A stretch of DNA of 64,000 nt from Harriotta raleighana. Its lineage: Eukaryota. The number at the start of each line of letters is the position of its first letter. The first letter of the stretch is position 1. The DNA is taken from NCBI GenBank assembly GCA_050575255.1, contig JBNZDD010013721.1, forward strand, positions 3,743,907 through 3,807,906, given 5' to 3'. Below the pieces are notes generated by a model that was not told the DNA's origin, made no database searches, and was given only the letters and a program-made list of their open reading frames with translations. The translations under genes were made by a program, and so were the position numbers. Below are positions 1-12,798 of the stretch, one piece after another.

Positions 1-3000
1 AACTTTATCTGAGTTTCTAATCTGCGGTCGCTACTGACCTTCCACGAAGCTCTAAGCAAAGTGTAATCAAATATATTCCATGTCATACTTCATCAAAATG
101 ATTGCATTCATCCATCCACAGCCCTCTGAGGACTGCGGTCGATTCCACATGCGTTGAAGATGATTTTTTGTTCAGTTTAAAATCATATTGTTTAATTGTC
201 TCAAATTTAAACAGAAACTGTGCTGTTTTTTTCTGCCCATAAAATAGCAAGGAACTTTGTGCACCGCAACATACATCCCCCTTCCCCTCACACACATGAT
301 TTGTCTGTGTCTCTAGTTAAGGTGTGTGTGTGTGTGTATTATCAGGCCAGTGCAAAAACAGAAGGCTGACGTTTCCTTTTCGCTTGACGCCCTTCCCTGA
401 AAACCTCCCCCCTCCCGTCAGAAAAGCCATCACCAAACTCCGAGAGGCATTGAAAACAGGGCAGACAGTAGTGATGTTATCATCCAAATGATCTAAATGA
501 TATTAAAATAGCTCAGTGAGAGGCGATCGGATTGTTTACAGCTCTCGGTATAATTAAATTCACGTCTGACTGCAGGAGCCAGTTGTAACTAATAGATAAC
601 AGCATCCCCACCGCATGTGCTAATATATGTTCATTTTCTCCCCCTTAAGACAATTGCACCTCAACAACTTTGTAATTAAGTCTCAATAGTTTAATCGAAT
701 TATCCTTGGAGGGTAATTTTGTTAGCGCCAAGGAATTTATTTTGGAAAGATTTTTTGGGGGGTGTGAGAGGGTGGGGGAGTTACATTTTAGCTTGCTTTT
801 TAAGTGATGCAAATTTTTCGATTTACTTCTAAACCGTTACTGCTTTTACTTATCTCGCATTTAAGACCGAATAAATTAAGTTAAGGAGTTTAAAGAGTTA
901 GTGGTCTCTATCTTTCTGAAATTGATCTGTTTTCCCAGGATTGTATGCATGTGTACATGCACTGATCATTGCAACCACTGCAATCACAAAGAAAGTAAAA
1001 TATAAGCAAAATGTATACATTTCTTCCTCTATATTCACGTGTTACACTGACCAAGGAACACCCAGGCATCCTAAGATTATTAATACGATCCTAAAATGGA
1101 AAAAAGTTTATGGGGAGAAAATCTAGTGAAGATTGAATCTTTTGGGGGGGTGGGGGGGTTAAATTGCAAATGTATCGGGAGGTTAAATTCAGTGAAAAAT
1201 AACATGGGGAACTAAATTCACATTTCAATGACGATTTTTTACCGAGCTATTTGAGCTTTTTTCTTCTCCCCTTTTTCCAGAATGCAAGAACTCTGCATCT
1301 CCAATTTATATTAAACGCGAGGATTATGATGTATTATTTGAAGTAAAAGACCTAATAAAATATTATCAAACAATCAAAAGGATCCCCTTTGCTCGATGGG
1401 ATGTATCTTGATTCTTTTATTTTTTTAAATGACAGAATTCTCTGCTTATCTGCACTGAGCTATTAATAACGGGGTGTAAAATGTTCTATAAATTATTAAA
1501 TCGTAAGAAACACAAGTATTGCTGACACAGCTTCGAGCTGTCGGCATCGTCGTCGCCGCCTGAGCCAGGGCTGGTGAGGGAGAAACAACAGCACACAGTC
1601 AGGCTGACCCAAGGGCAAGAAAGTTGTTTTAACTTTATTTCAATTTATATCAACAGAAATTTACAAATTCCTCTCAATGAAACACACACAACACACACAC
1701 ACACATCTAAACATGTAAAGAAACCTTATAAACGCATCGTTCAGCTACTCACACTCCTAAAGACTCGGGATTATATTTCTGAAATGAAGATTTCTGTTTG
1801 GCCTTTCAAACAGTCAGTCAGGCTTGGCTGTCAGGCTCTGCTGTTCCAGAAAGTACCCCGCATTAGATAGAATCACTTCCCCAGGCTGTTTTATATTTAT
1901 GAAGTACATTTTGACTTGGCCAAAACACCTATTGTCTCCTCCATTTGGACACTTGCTCGGGTAATGTGCTTAGCCCAGAGATGCCGAAAAAGAATGAGAG
2001 AGAAAAAAAATCTTCTCGGTAGTTTTACGCTGTTCAGGTCAATCCATAGCTACTTATCTCAGTGTAGTCACACCGTGTTGTGTGCTGGGATAAAGCTCAG
2101 ATAGAAATGTGACCTTGTAAAGCAAAGGAATTAATGCTTCCCCACCCTCCCCCTTGATAATTTGCATTTACCTAGTCATTTCATCCCCCAAATAATTAAA
2201 AATCATAATTCCGATCATAAGTAAATTCTGGAACCGTTTGTTGGCACAGTACAAAAAAATCCGCACAACAGATATTTTCCCCTTGCAATCGCTCCAGCAC
2301 TATCTCGACGTGTTTTAAAAAAAGCCAATCTTACCTTATATATCATGTTGTAAATGACGCTAAATAAATATGACCAAAGCCATATCAGGAGTTAGATTAT
2401 ATATAAAGAGAAACCTCAATATCCCGGATTCCGCCCTTTTTTGTATTTTATTTAAACATAATCAATATTGTATGAAAGAACAAAACCGGAGAGAAAGAAA
2501 CAGCTGTTACATTGCAGCTTTTTTTTTGGGGGGGGGGATTGTGTGGGGTGGGGGGAGGGGGCAGCAGTCAATTCAACAATACATGGTGTGGGAGCATGGA
2601 TTCAGTGGTGTGTGTGTGGTGTGTGTGTTTCTTTAACAATAAAAAAAACTGTGCGCTAATAAGGTCGCGGTGGACTAATGCATTAATTTACTCATGTAAT
2701 AGAAGCAGTCACTGGGGAGTGTTTCACCGCTTCCCCGTCTCTCTGATCGCACCGAGTCCTTCAATCGGGGGTTGCTTCATCCAGGATTTAATTAAACCCG
2801 AATTGGGATCGCATTTGCTCCAGTTCAAATGGAGAAGGAATTCTGCTGAAACCGCGGAGCGGCTTGGAAAGTGGACGCTTAGCAGCAGAGGTTGGAAATC
2901 TACACGAGTAAAGACATTTCGTTGGTTGTTATTTTTTAAAATCTATTCTGGAAACAATAAGTGTTTCCACAAGAGTTCATGCTTTCAGTTGAATTCAGAT

Positions 3001-3480
3001 GGATCCGGTGTAAAGCAGTCTTGAACAGGCCAGTGGGACTTTGGCCCCCACACGTGAGTTTTTTTTATGATTATGGATTATTATTAATAATAGTTACATA
3101 TCTCACAAACGCGTGATTTGGAGACCCAGTGTAGATTGGAAGCCCCTTTGCGCCCCTCATTTGTTGGGTGAATGTGTATTTTTCAAAATATTTCTCCAGG
3201 CGCAGGGAAGCCTGGAACCAAAAGAGATCGGACAGTATATAGTACCATACGAAGAGTTCCCTTGCTTTCAATATGATTATGTTATCGTGTTGTTTCGGGG
3301 GAAGGTTTATGAGTGTAACTAATCTAGTGACCTGCCCCCTGCATTGTCAACATTTGGGTAAAGTGGGATTGTGTGAGTTTAACACACACACCACACCCCA
3401 CTACACACATTGCACACACCATACACGGGGCTTCTGTCTCTTTAAGAATACAATCTCCTGCCTTGTAAACACACCAAAAG

Positions 3481-3570
3481 GAGGTGGAGGGTGGGTGGGG
3501 GGGGGAGAGAGAGAGAGAGAGAGAGCTAGGAGGAGCCAATATCACGTGAACTCAGGGCTACAATTAGCAA
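3481..3570 (+). promoter_or_regulatory. Proximal promoter: G-rich/GA tract, CCAAT box (3536-3540), palindromic E-box TCACGTGA (3542-3549)
   Basis: Motifs read directly from the sequence. A USF-bound CACGTG E-box is an established feature of mammalian GATA4/GATA5 proximal promoters. Confidence 0.6.
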
Positions 3571-3825
3571 AGTTGAAGCAAAGGGAAAGACAGACTTTTT
3601 GTAACAAGTCACCCATCAAGGTAGAGAGAGAGAGAGAGAGAAGGGCCAGTGTATGTCAGAATCACTCGGTGAACGAACCAGAGAGAGGGAGAGAGAGAGT
3701 TCCATACAAAATCGCCACCACTCTGCTTCACTCCATGGCCTGGATATTATACTTTCAAAAAGTTTGAAATCTTTCCTCTCCTTCCCCACTCACCCCCAGG
3801 GCTCTTGGTTATTCCAGTTTGGACC
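3570..3825 (+). other. GATA5: Probable non-coding exon 1 of GATA5 (5' UTR); start approximate
   Basis: Lies just downstream of the CCAAT/E-box. Ends at ACC|GTAAGT (donor 3826). A matching acceptor with pyrimidine tract ends at 4946. GATA4/5/6 genes have untranslated first exons. Confidence 0.6.
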
Positions 3826-5262
3826 GTAAGTACAGTATTTTTTCTCTCTTGACTTTAAATAACTTTTTTTTCGAGGGGTGGGTGGATGGGGGTTGGGGAG
3901 GAGGAGTGTAAAAGTGGGAGTCTTACCCTGTAATCTGTTCAGTTTGGGCTGGAGTTTTTAATCTGATGAGTTGTTTTATCTCACAGATAGTTACACGATA
4001 CACACGGTGTGTTGTGCGGGGAGGGAGACTTGAGCTCAGGCGAGCAACGTACAAGTCTATCGCTATCGTTTCGGGAGTTGTAATGATCACAGATAATAAA
4101 GTTTTAAACTGGGGCACTGAGTTTAGTCTTATGTGGCTCGTGAGATACTTTACTGCTTCCCCTGTCCTGTCTATGTGGATGTCAGCGACTGCAGACGTTC
4201 CTCGGATACAGTGAGGTTGACTTTAAATTGTCTGGAGATGGAACAGCTGTCTGGCGAGTCGTGAGTTCGGTCACTTTGGATGGATTCAGTTAAACGTGGC
4301 TATTGCACAGCCCAGAACCCAGACTCTGGGGACTTGAGTTCGCGATTTTGTGATTTTGTTTTAAGTGTCAAAGGTGAAAGCTTTTGGAAATTGTTGCATT
4401 GTCGAAAATGTATTATCATTACATGCACAAACCTGTAACCGAAACTGTTTTGATATTGAGCGTGTGTGTGTGTGTCAGTGTTTGTGTGAGTATGTGTGAG
4501 TGAGTGAATATGTGTGTGAATGTGTGTGATCGACCTAGACTGGCAATGGCTCTTTTTTGCACGTTAAATTGCGGACTAAGTGCTGGTATTCTATTTGTAT
4601 TTGGAAATAATCCCAGTGGAAATAATCCCAGTCGAGAGAGAGAAAAAAATTGCAGTTTCTTTTTAATTTCGTTTGAACGGATTTTAAACAAAAAGATTGC
4701 AAATAGTTATGTGATTGCAAGACTTCACAAACGCTTTGCAAAATTGTACATTTGCAAATCAGAAAGGCGAGTGCGTGAGTGTGTTTGTATATGAATATGT
4801 GGGTGAGTGAGTGTGTTTATGAGTATTATCGCTTCCTAACGAAGACAAAAAAAATCTTATGGTATCACATCCATGCAATGCATTGAATATATTGGCGATC
4901 GCTAACGTGGAAACACTTCTAATTCCCTTCTGTTATTTTCTTTCAGGTTACATTACATTACTCTGTCTCACCGGCGAAAAGCATTCTTAAAAAGAGTGGA
5001 CAAAGTTCGTGGGCTGGTCCAACGCTGAGAGAGAGTCTGAGAGAGAACAGCAAAGCAGCAATGAACTGGTGCTAAACCCACCAGAAAAAGCAGCAATTTT
5101 TAACCCCCCACCACCCCCACCCCCCAAAAAAATCACCTGAATAATAATATCAAACTTCTCTTTTCGATACTTTTTTTAAAGAAAATCTTATAATATATTT
5201 TTTAAAGTTCCCATCTGCGACTCCAAATAAAAAAAAACTACGACATTTAGAGAGAAACAAAA

Positions 5263-5803
5263 ATGTATCCGAGTTTAGCGTTAACAGCAAACCACGGACA
5301 AGCCGCCTATTCCCACGACGCACACGGTAATTTCATGCATTCGTCCGCCGCCTCACCTGTGTATGTACCGACCACCCGGGTGCCCCCCATGCTGCCCAGC
5401 TTACCTTACCTGCAAAACTGCGACTCGACTCATCATCAGAGCCACCACCTGAGCAACCACACGGGCTGGCCTCAAGCCGGCATCGACGGATCCGGTTACA
5501 ACACCAACAGCCCACACCCCTCCACCACCTTCCCCTACACCCACAGCCCTCCTCTCAGCGGCAGCGGCGCCTCCAGGGAAGCGGTTTACAGCGCCAACCC
5601 ATTACTCCTCGGCTCCGGGGGTCGGGAGCAATACGGCAACGCGTTGGTTCGCTCTGTCGGTGGATCCTACTCCAGCCCTTACGCTACCTATGTGGGCCCC
5701 GAGATGACTTCAGCCCCCTGGCCACCCGGACCCTTCGACAGCAGCATGCTCCACAGTCTGCAGGCGAGACAGGCTTCCATGTCTGGGAGGATAACCAGCC
5801 TGG
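5263..5803 (+). CDS. GATA5: GATA5 coding exon 1 (N-terminal activation domain; exon probably begins at the acceptor tttcag|4947)
   Basis: Translation MYPSLALTANHGQAAYSHD...SPVYVPTTRVPPMLPSLPYLQ...QYGNALVRSVGGSYSSPY...WPPGPFDSSMLHSLQ matches the GATA4/5/6 N-terminal domain, closest to fish/bird GATA5 as I recall it. Donor G|gtaggt at 5804 (phase 1) joins the next exon in frame. Confidence 0.95.
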
Positions 5804-8255
5804 GTAGGTGCCTGCCATGGGAGCAAGTGTCCATCTCTCTCTGTGTTGTGGGGAGTGGGAACCCTAAGTTACTGAGATAACGCTTGCTTGATCCGTGTGG
5901 ATGCTCAGTGATGGTTTTAAGTTGTTAGCTGGTTGCTTGGGAGTGGGGGTAGGTTAAATATATTTATATTATATATACATATCATTATTTAATATGCCAT
6001 TATTTAACTCTTTCACCAATCCACCTACTTTATCACAAAACCTCAGAACATATTTGGTTCCCTTGTCACATTGTGCCTTCAGAGCTCAATACCAGTCTGC
6101 TCTGAGGCCTGTTGGCATCAATTAACCAGCCAGGGTGAAAGTTTATTCGCATCTAATAGCCATTAGAGTTTTGACCCCAGGATATAATAAGGTACGGAGT
6201 ATGTATGTGTGTGTTTGTGTGCATAAGGCGTAGTCTAGAGCTACAGCAGAACTCTTAACCCCAGGGGCAATAGTTTACCTAATTGCCTAAAATTACAGTC
6301 ACTCTTTGATTTATCATAGCCTCTATCTAATCCTCCTTGAGGGAGAGGTAAGCGGAGTCTGCTTGGAACTGAACCGACTGGCAAAGGAATGTCGGAATCG
6401 AGCCAGCTCGCTGTGGCGTTCTTGGTAGTGTCCGGTTCCTGAGCCAGGCGAGTCCGCAATACTCTAGAGCACAGCACAGTCAGCCTGGCTCATTGACAGG
6501 ATCCGCAAGGGCAGACCGGTCACTGAGGGCAGGGAGTCATTCGACCCAGCAAGCCAAAGCACTAATGGTTAGGGTGGTCGTAGCTGGACAGAAAGCTTCC
6601 CAGACAGGAATATCAATGACGAGCTGTACGGTTTTAGACTGGTTAGACTCCAGTTATCCCTAATGCACATTCTGGAGTCCCCAAACCTTGGCTCTTGACA
6701 ACCACATCTAATAATTTCCACAAACAGGATGCGTTACTCCAGGGAGAGAGTGTGTATTCCATTCAAACAATCTATCGCTAGGATTTCCATCTGTAGGTTG
6801 GATGCATGGAAACCTCAGCTTGATTTGCTTACTCGTAAGCATAGTAATAGGTTTCACAAATGTCAGACAACCCACTGATGGAAAACAAAATCATAGACTT
6901 CACCTGTTTGTTGCTTAATAAGCAATTGTTCTTGGGTAACAGTGGATTCAAAACTTTAAACCTCACTAGATATATATATGTATATGTAAAACTGTCAGTT
7001 ATTCAACATATAGAAATACATATATGTCAAAATGTATTGGGAGTATCTTTAAAATAAACATGGGTAGGTTTTTTTTCAATAGGAATAATTCTTGCTTTTG
7101 ATATAGCTCTTTATCACATCATTGTGGCATCTCAAAGTGTTTCACAGGATATACTGGAAAGTGGATTGACTATGCATTTTATGGTTTTTAAAAACATGGA
7201 ATAGAAAAGTACTGGAGGAATGTGTTTTTGTTAAAAGTTCTTGCCCAATATCTGATATGATAGAGGATTATATGTTGGTGTGAGTGTATATAGTTTTACC
7301 TGCAGTCAGCTGGCTTCTGGGGAATTGGTTGACAAGTGGCCTAGTCCAGTCCCAAGTTGTTACAGTACAGATACATACATGGCTGAACAAGTAAAATTAA
7401 CATTGTCCACACTTTAGTAGAGCGGCCCTGAGGGGAGTTTATGTGGAAAGGTGCTGGCGTCTGGATAGCAGAATAAAGTCACCTTCTATACTCAATTTCC
7501 AGCAGCCAGCCCAAAGCACTCACCTCCACTGCAGGCTAAATACCCGCTATTAACACACAGCAGAGCTCATGCTGTTACTGATGAGAGAGCATAGGGGCAG
7601 GTCCTAGTTACTGGGGAGAAGAGAGAATTTTTCCTTAAATGAAAAAAAAATGCTTTTATAACTCTGTTTGCCTCTAAGGGAGTACTGTACTCTAGTGTAG
7701 TTTGATCAGAAAATGCTCCCCACAAAATGGTCTCCTCCATGCCTTCCCTCTTTTCAAGGAATAGGAGGCAAAATGCCAAATTAATATAATAATCCTTGTA
7801 CAGTATTTGGTTATAGCAATTTATCATGTCACCTAAACATCTTGATGAATCTCCCAGTATAATACTGTACTGTAAAAGTGATGTGCTTATGGGTGAATTA
7901 ATTTAATTAATTTCCATTTTATATTGGTTGAAGTCTTTCAGATAAATAACACAAAACTTGCATCATGTGAGTTTTCATTCTAGGAAAGTAAATGTTTGGA
8001 GACCATTTTTATAACTGATAACTGGATTTCTGATAAACCCATTCGTCATTTAAAGGGACTAATCAACATCTTATTCTCTCTTGGTGTGGATTTTTTCAGG
8101 GAAGAAAACAAAGTCTGGATAAATATATGATTTTTTTTAGTCTTATCATTCTCTGCATCCTTTCAGTATATTCTCCTGTCAAAGATTCCAGATGATGTTA
8201 CTATGATTTAGATCACTTTCCCGGAAGGAATGGTATATGCTTGCTACACATCCAG

Positions 8256-8290
<35 letters not shown>

Positions 8291-11200
8291 CCCCAAAAAT
8301 ACTTTAAAACATTCAGCCATCCATCCCTTGGAGGATGCAGACACATTTGTAACAACTAATTTTTTAGCTCATAAAATATACAGTCAATTCACTTTATAAT
8401 ATACATTACTAGCTGTATTCGTTGAAGCTAAGCATACAACCAAGTTTAATTCAAACAGCCTTCTCTCATTTGGCTGGCATTTTTATTTGTCTTTGTAAAG
8501 CTCGATCTTCACTTTTTAGGCATCTTTATTCCTTAAGATTAAGAACAAGTGCTATTGAGCTCTTTAGCATCCTTTGCTCACATATTTGCACACATATTCT
8601 TTTGGGAAGACTCGGAGGGAGGACTCCTGTTGGAATCATTCAGTGAGAGGCTTCTTGTGGGAGTACTGCTGGACTTCTGTTGGTGTTTTTATGTCAATCG
8701 GTTAGACAGGCACACAGGCAGGTATTTCGTCTTTATTAATATAGATGTATCTCTCTACAAGGGTGTGTGATTTCCATTGTCTCTACTTTGTTCCAGAATA
8801 ACCAATGGGACTTAATTCAAGTATTTGTAAATAGATTTTTTAATGCAGCTCATCCCCGAAAAAAGTATGCCCATGGCACTCCCCCATTAAGGCTATTTGA
8901 CGAGGTATAAATCATGTGTCTTATGTTAATCGGTTATTGCATTCATGGTGGACAGACAAACATTTTGTCTTTATTGCTATAGATTATGAGACATCTCAGT
9001 AACATGATAGGGCCCTATATCAAAGACAAGAATTATCATTATTATTATTATTAATCATTTTAAACTGCAAGGTTTCCTTTCTATCACAAATATTTACTTG
9101 AAAAAGATAGTAATCAATTTATGGTCATTGTTGGAGGCATTTGGAATACAGTGAATCGAGTTTATCTCCAGGATTAGACATTATTCTTTTAAAAATCTGC
9201 CTTAATTCATCAACAAGTCTGGTCCCATCCAATCTATCTTCCCACTCGTTTAGCTTTGACTTGAGATAACTTTAATCAACCTACAGTAATTGTTATAAAT
9301 GATACGTTTTAAGGAAGAATCCATCTGGTAGATTGTGAGTTTTTTATTAGGGATATTTCACCCCCCAGCAAAATTAAGAGATCTCTATATCCCACTATCA
9401 GCGAAAAGGAAAAGGAAAGTTTATCAATCGAGTTGAGGAGAACTCTAAATTAGACATTTAATATATAGCAAAATGTCTAATTGGTGAAATTATGGTGAAA
9501 TGTGCATTCGAGCCTTTAATTCTCCCACAATATATATAGTCATTTCGCTTCACAGTGAAGCACTTTGAGACATCTTAAAGACACGATAAGGCGCTATATC
9601 AAATGGAAGAATTATTATTAATAGTAGTAGTATTTATAACCCTGCTGGAAATCTGTCTAGTATTCGGTATATCGAGAATGAAACACATAATCCACACAGC
9701 AAACACATTTAAAATTAAATGAGGTTTGTTACAAAGAAGCCGGTGCTTCCCCGCCCCCACACCCCGACCTCCACTTTTTCACAATTTCATTGTTTCAGAG
9801 AATGCTTGAAAATATATCAAGAGATCTTTCAATTGATTTTAAAAGCAATTTACTGCACCCTGTCAATTCAGTAGAGGATCTGGTCCAAACAAACCCAGTT
9901 CAGGACACACAGAGAAACATTTCGCCATCAAACGCCCTTCATTGTGTACTCGCTGTTCAGCATCTTCGATCAGTAAGTAATTAATGAATGTACTGACCGA
10001 CTATCGCCCACCAAATACACTGCAAATCATATGCAATGTATTAGGTAATAAATATCGCGATTAGAATTCCCCTGTTGTATTTTACTGTCATCAGTGGAAA
10101 GACTGAGTTCGGGGCCATTCTCTTGCTCACAGAGAGAGAGACACAGAGATAGAGAATGCATTTTAGCGTCGGCAGTTAGATTCACCTTAATTAACATGAC
10201 TGTTCTATACACCCAAAAGCTAAATGTAGGTTCCTTTCTCCACCCCCCACCCCCTCCCTCCCCCCGCAAAAAAAATCAGATTTGAATACTAATTTGGATT
10301 GATATATTTTTCCCCAAAAACATTTCTCCCTCTCCCACGCAGCCGTGCATCCAAAGCGAATTGAATGGATTGAGTGAGAATGATACACAGTACTTGTTCC
10401 CCTATTGGAGATGTTTTCTAGATTCCAATATATATATATACAATTGTTAATAGTTAAGTTTTTAATCCTGGTTTTCAAACAAAGAAAAACTGACAGCAAA
10501 CAAGAAGGGAAACCCCTTTTGCTGGGAAGCTTTGCGTTCGGTTCAGACAGTCAGACAGTCAGCCCTTTCCTTTATTTCCCTGAAATCGATGAACTGTTAT
10601 TTCCAGAAACGGTTTGAATCAGCTATTTTATTTGATTGGGAAAGGTGAGCGGTGTGTGTGTGTGTGTGTGTGTGGAGATGGTGGGGGCGAGGGTGGTGGT
10701 GGGGGTGGGGGGAACGGGACATATATATATGTGTATGTGTGTGTATATATATATATATAAAATAAAGGGTTTTGTTTACGGTACATTTCTCCGGGAATCA
10801 ATCCAGATTGGGTGTCGGTTCCCTACTCTGGTCACTTGTCACCAGCCGAGAGCAATAGGTGCGAATGATAAATCTGCCGTGGATCACAGAGTGAGCTGTT
10901 ACCCGGAGCAGCATTCCATCAGCCTGGCAGCCAGTCTCCCTGTCGCCACTAGTCAACATCCCAAAACCATTTGATGGAAAACGGGGACGTTTGGCAGGGC
11001 ATTGCGATGCCTATCACTGAAGCAGCTCCTTCACTCCCACCCGCCCTCCTTCACTCGCTTCTCCCCACAAATTCTTCCAAACCTTCTTTTTCGGTTTGGC
11101 TTAGAAATTATTTCTAGTGCAGCCCTGAAACCGTGTTTTTTTTTAAAATAAAAAAACACAACACACAGACACGCACACACCACACACCACACACACACAC

Positions 11201-12798
11201 ACGTGTAACAGAATAGACGGAATAGCAATAAACTACACGACTTGGCATTTTTTCGGTGACGTTTTCTTAAATTCTAAGATTGTATTTTTTAATTGTCCTT
11301 TTACTTTTTAGTTTGAACTATTTTTTAAGGATACGGTGTCCTAATTGTACACAGTTAGTTATTGATTTGGTTGTTTGTGTGTGTGTTTGTTTATTTATAG
11401 TTTTGGTTTCATAAATGTCATCAGGGATTGAACTGAAAACTGTTCAAAATAAATACAGAGGGGTTTTAAAGACGTATTTTTAAAAAATTGAATCTCTCTC
11501 CCTCTCCCAAAAGGACAACTGAAAATGCAGACTGTATATTCCAGTCTTTATCATATCGGGGAAGGCAGAAAAGCTCTTTTTTTAAACACACTTTAGTAAA
11601 TAAACTAAACAAAAACCCTTAAGAATGAAATTCGGCTTCACATATTTTATAAATATGTTATAAAAAAAATTTTGTGGGATGTTCAGATGTCCTGGGAACC
11701 GAAAGACAAAACGTGAAGGGGATACCCTAAAAAATAACTTTAAATAAATAGCCTAGAATCATTATTAGACTACTCTAGAATAAATCTTTTCAAAATCTCC
11801 TTAAAAACAAGTTGTTTGAAACGCCTTCAATGTGAAGTGTGTGTGTTTTTTGAATGGATTTGTTCCTGAAGGGCTTTCACAAACCGCACACACTTTCTCT
11901 CTTCCCGTTAAAATACACTGTTTGAAAGCACCGTGGCAATAATAGTTGATTCCTTAAACCTGGAGGGGAGATAAATGAGGTCTTTGCTTTCATCCTGCCC
12001 ATGAGCATGACATTTATCACCGCCTTTAAAAGTGTTTCCCATCTAGAATAGAATGGCCGCGTCTGTGGGCTGAGGCGCACTGGAAATGTTCCAATGGGAT
12101 TTGTTCAGATGGTGGGATTTCTGTTGATCTGAAATTTTGCTGTGAATGGAGGTTGTGAATGTGTAGTGGGGGGGGGGGGGGGGNGGGGGGGGGGGGGGGG
12201 GAGCCCACTATGTATACCAGAAATGACCCACTTTTATTGTTGAATCTGTTCAAGGGGAAATACTTAGCGGTGCAGTGCGAGTGGATGCTTTCTGGGGGGT
12301 GGGGTATGGAAAGGCATGTGTGGGTTTTTTTTTCTGGGGTGGGGGTGGGAGGCGGATCAATTCGCTTTTTAAGGCGAGGATTAGAGCTGTTGTTTTTCCA
12401 GCCCCCATCACAGCAATGAAAGGATTTCATGTCAGAGCGAGCAGGACACAAGATGGGAAATGAATGAAGTTATCATTGTGTTACCTTATTTATATATGTG
12501 TGTGTGTGTGTGTGTGTGTAGGCTGACTTTTTGATGCAANACACAAGATGGGAAATGAATGAAGTTATCATTGTGTTACCTTATTTATATGTGTGTGTAG
12601 GCTGACTTTTTGATGCAGTGTCTAGCAAACAATATGCATGTTGATTCTCTCTCTCTATACATACTGTATATATATTGTGTCAGAGCCAGTATGAACTAAC
12701 TTTGAATTCCCTTTTTTTGTTGTTTTATTTATATATGTATATATATATATATATATGTGTGTGTATGTATATATATATATATAAAAAATACAAAGCAG

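Noticed and set aside
2370-3767. ORFs of 88-170 aa upstream of GATA5
   Set aside because: Built from microsatellite and G-rich promoter sequence, with no recognisable domains.
12167-12201. Long poly-G run (G-quadruplex candidate)
   Set aside because: Contains an n, so its length is unreliable.
12446-12618. Tandem duplication of ~80-95 bp
   Set aside because: The copies flank a single n and differ mainly in microsatellite length, so this is most likely a contig-overlap/haplotype artefact.
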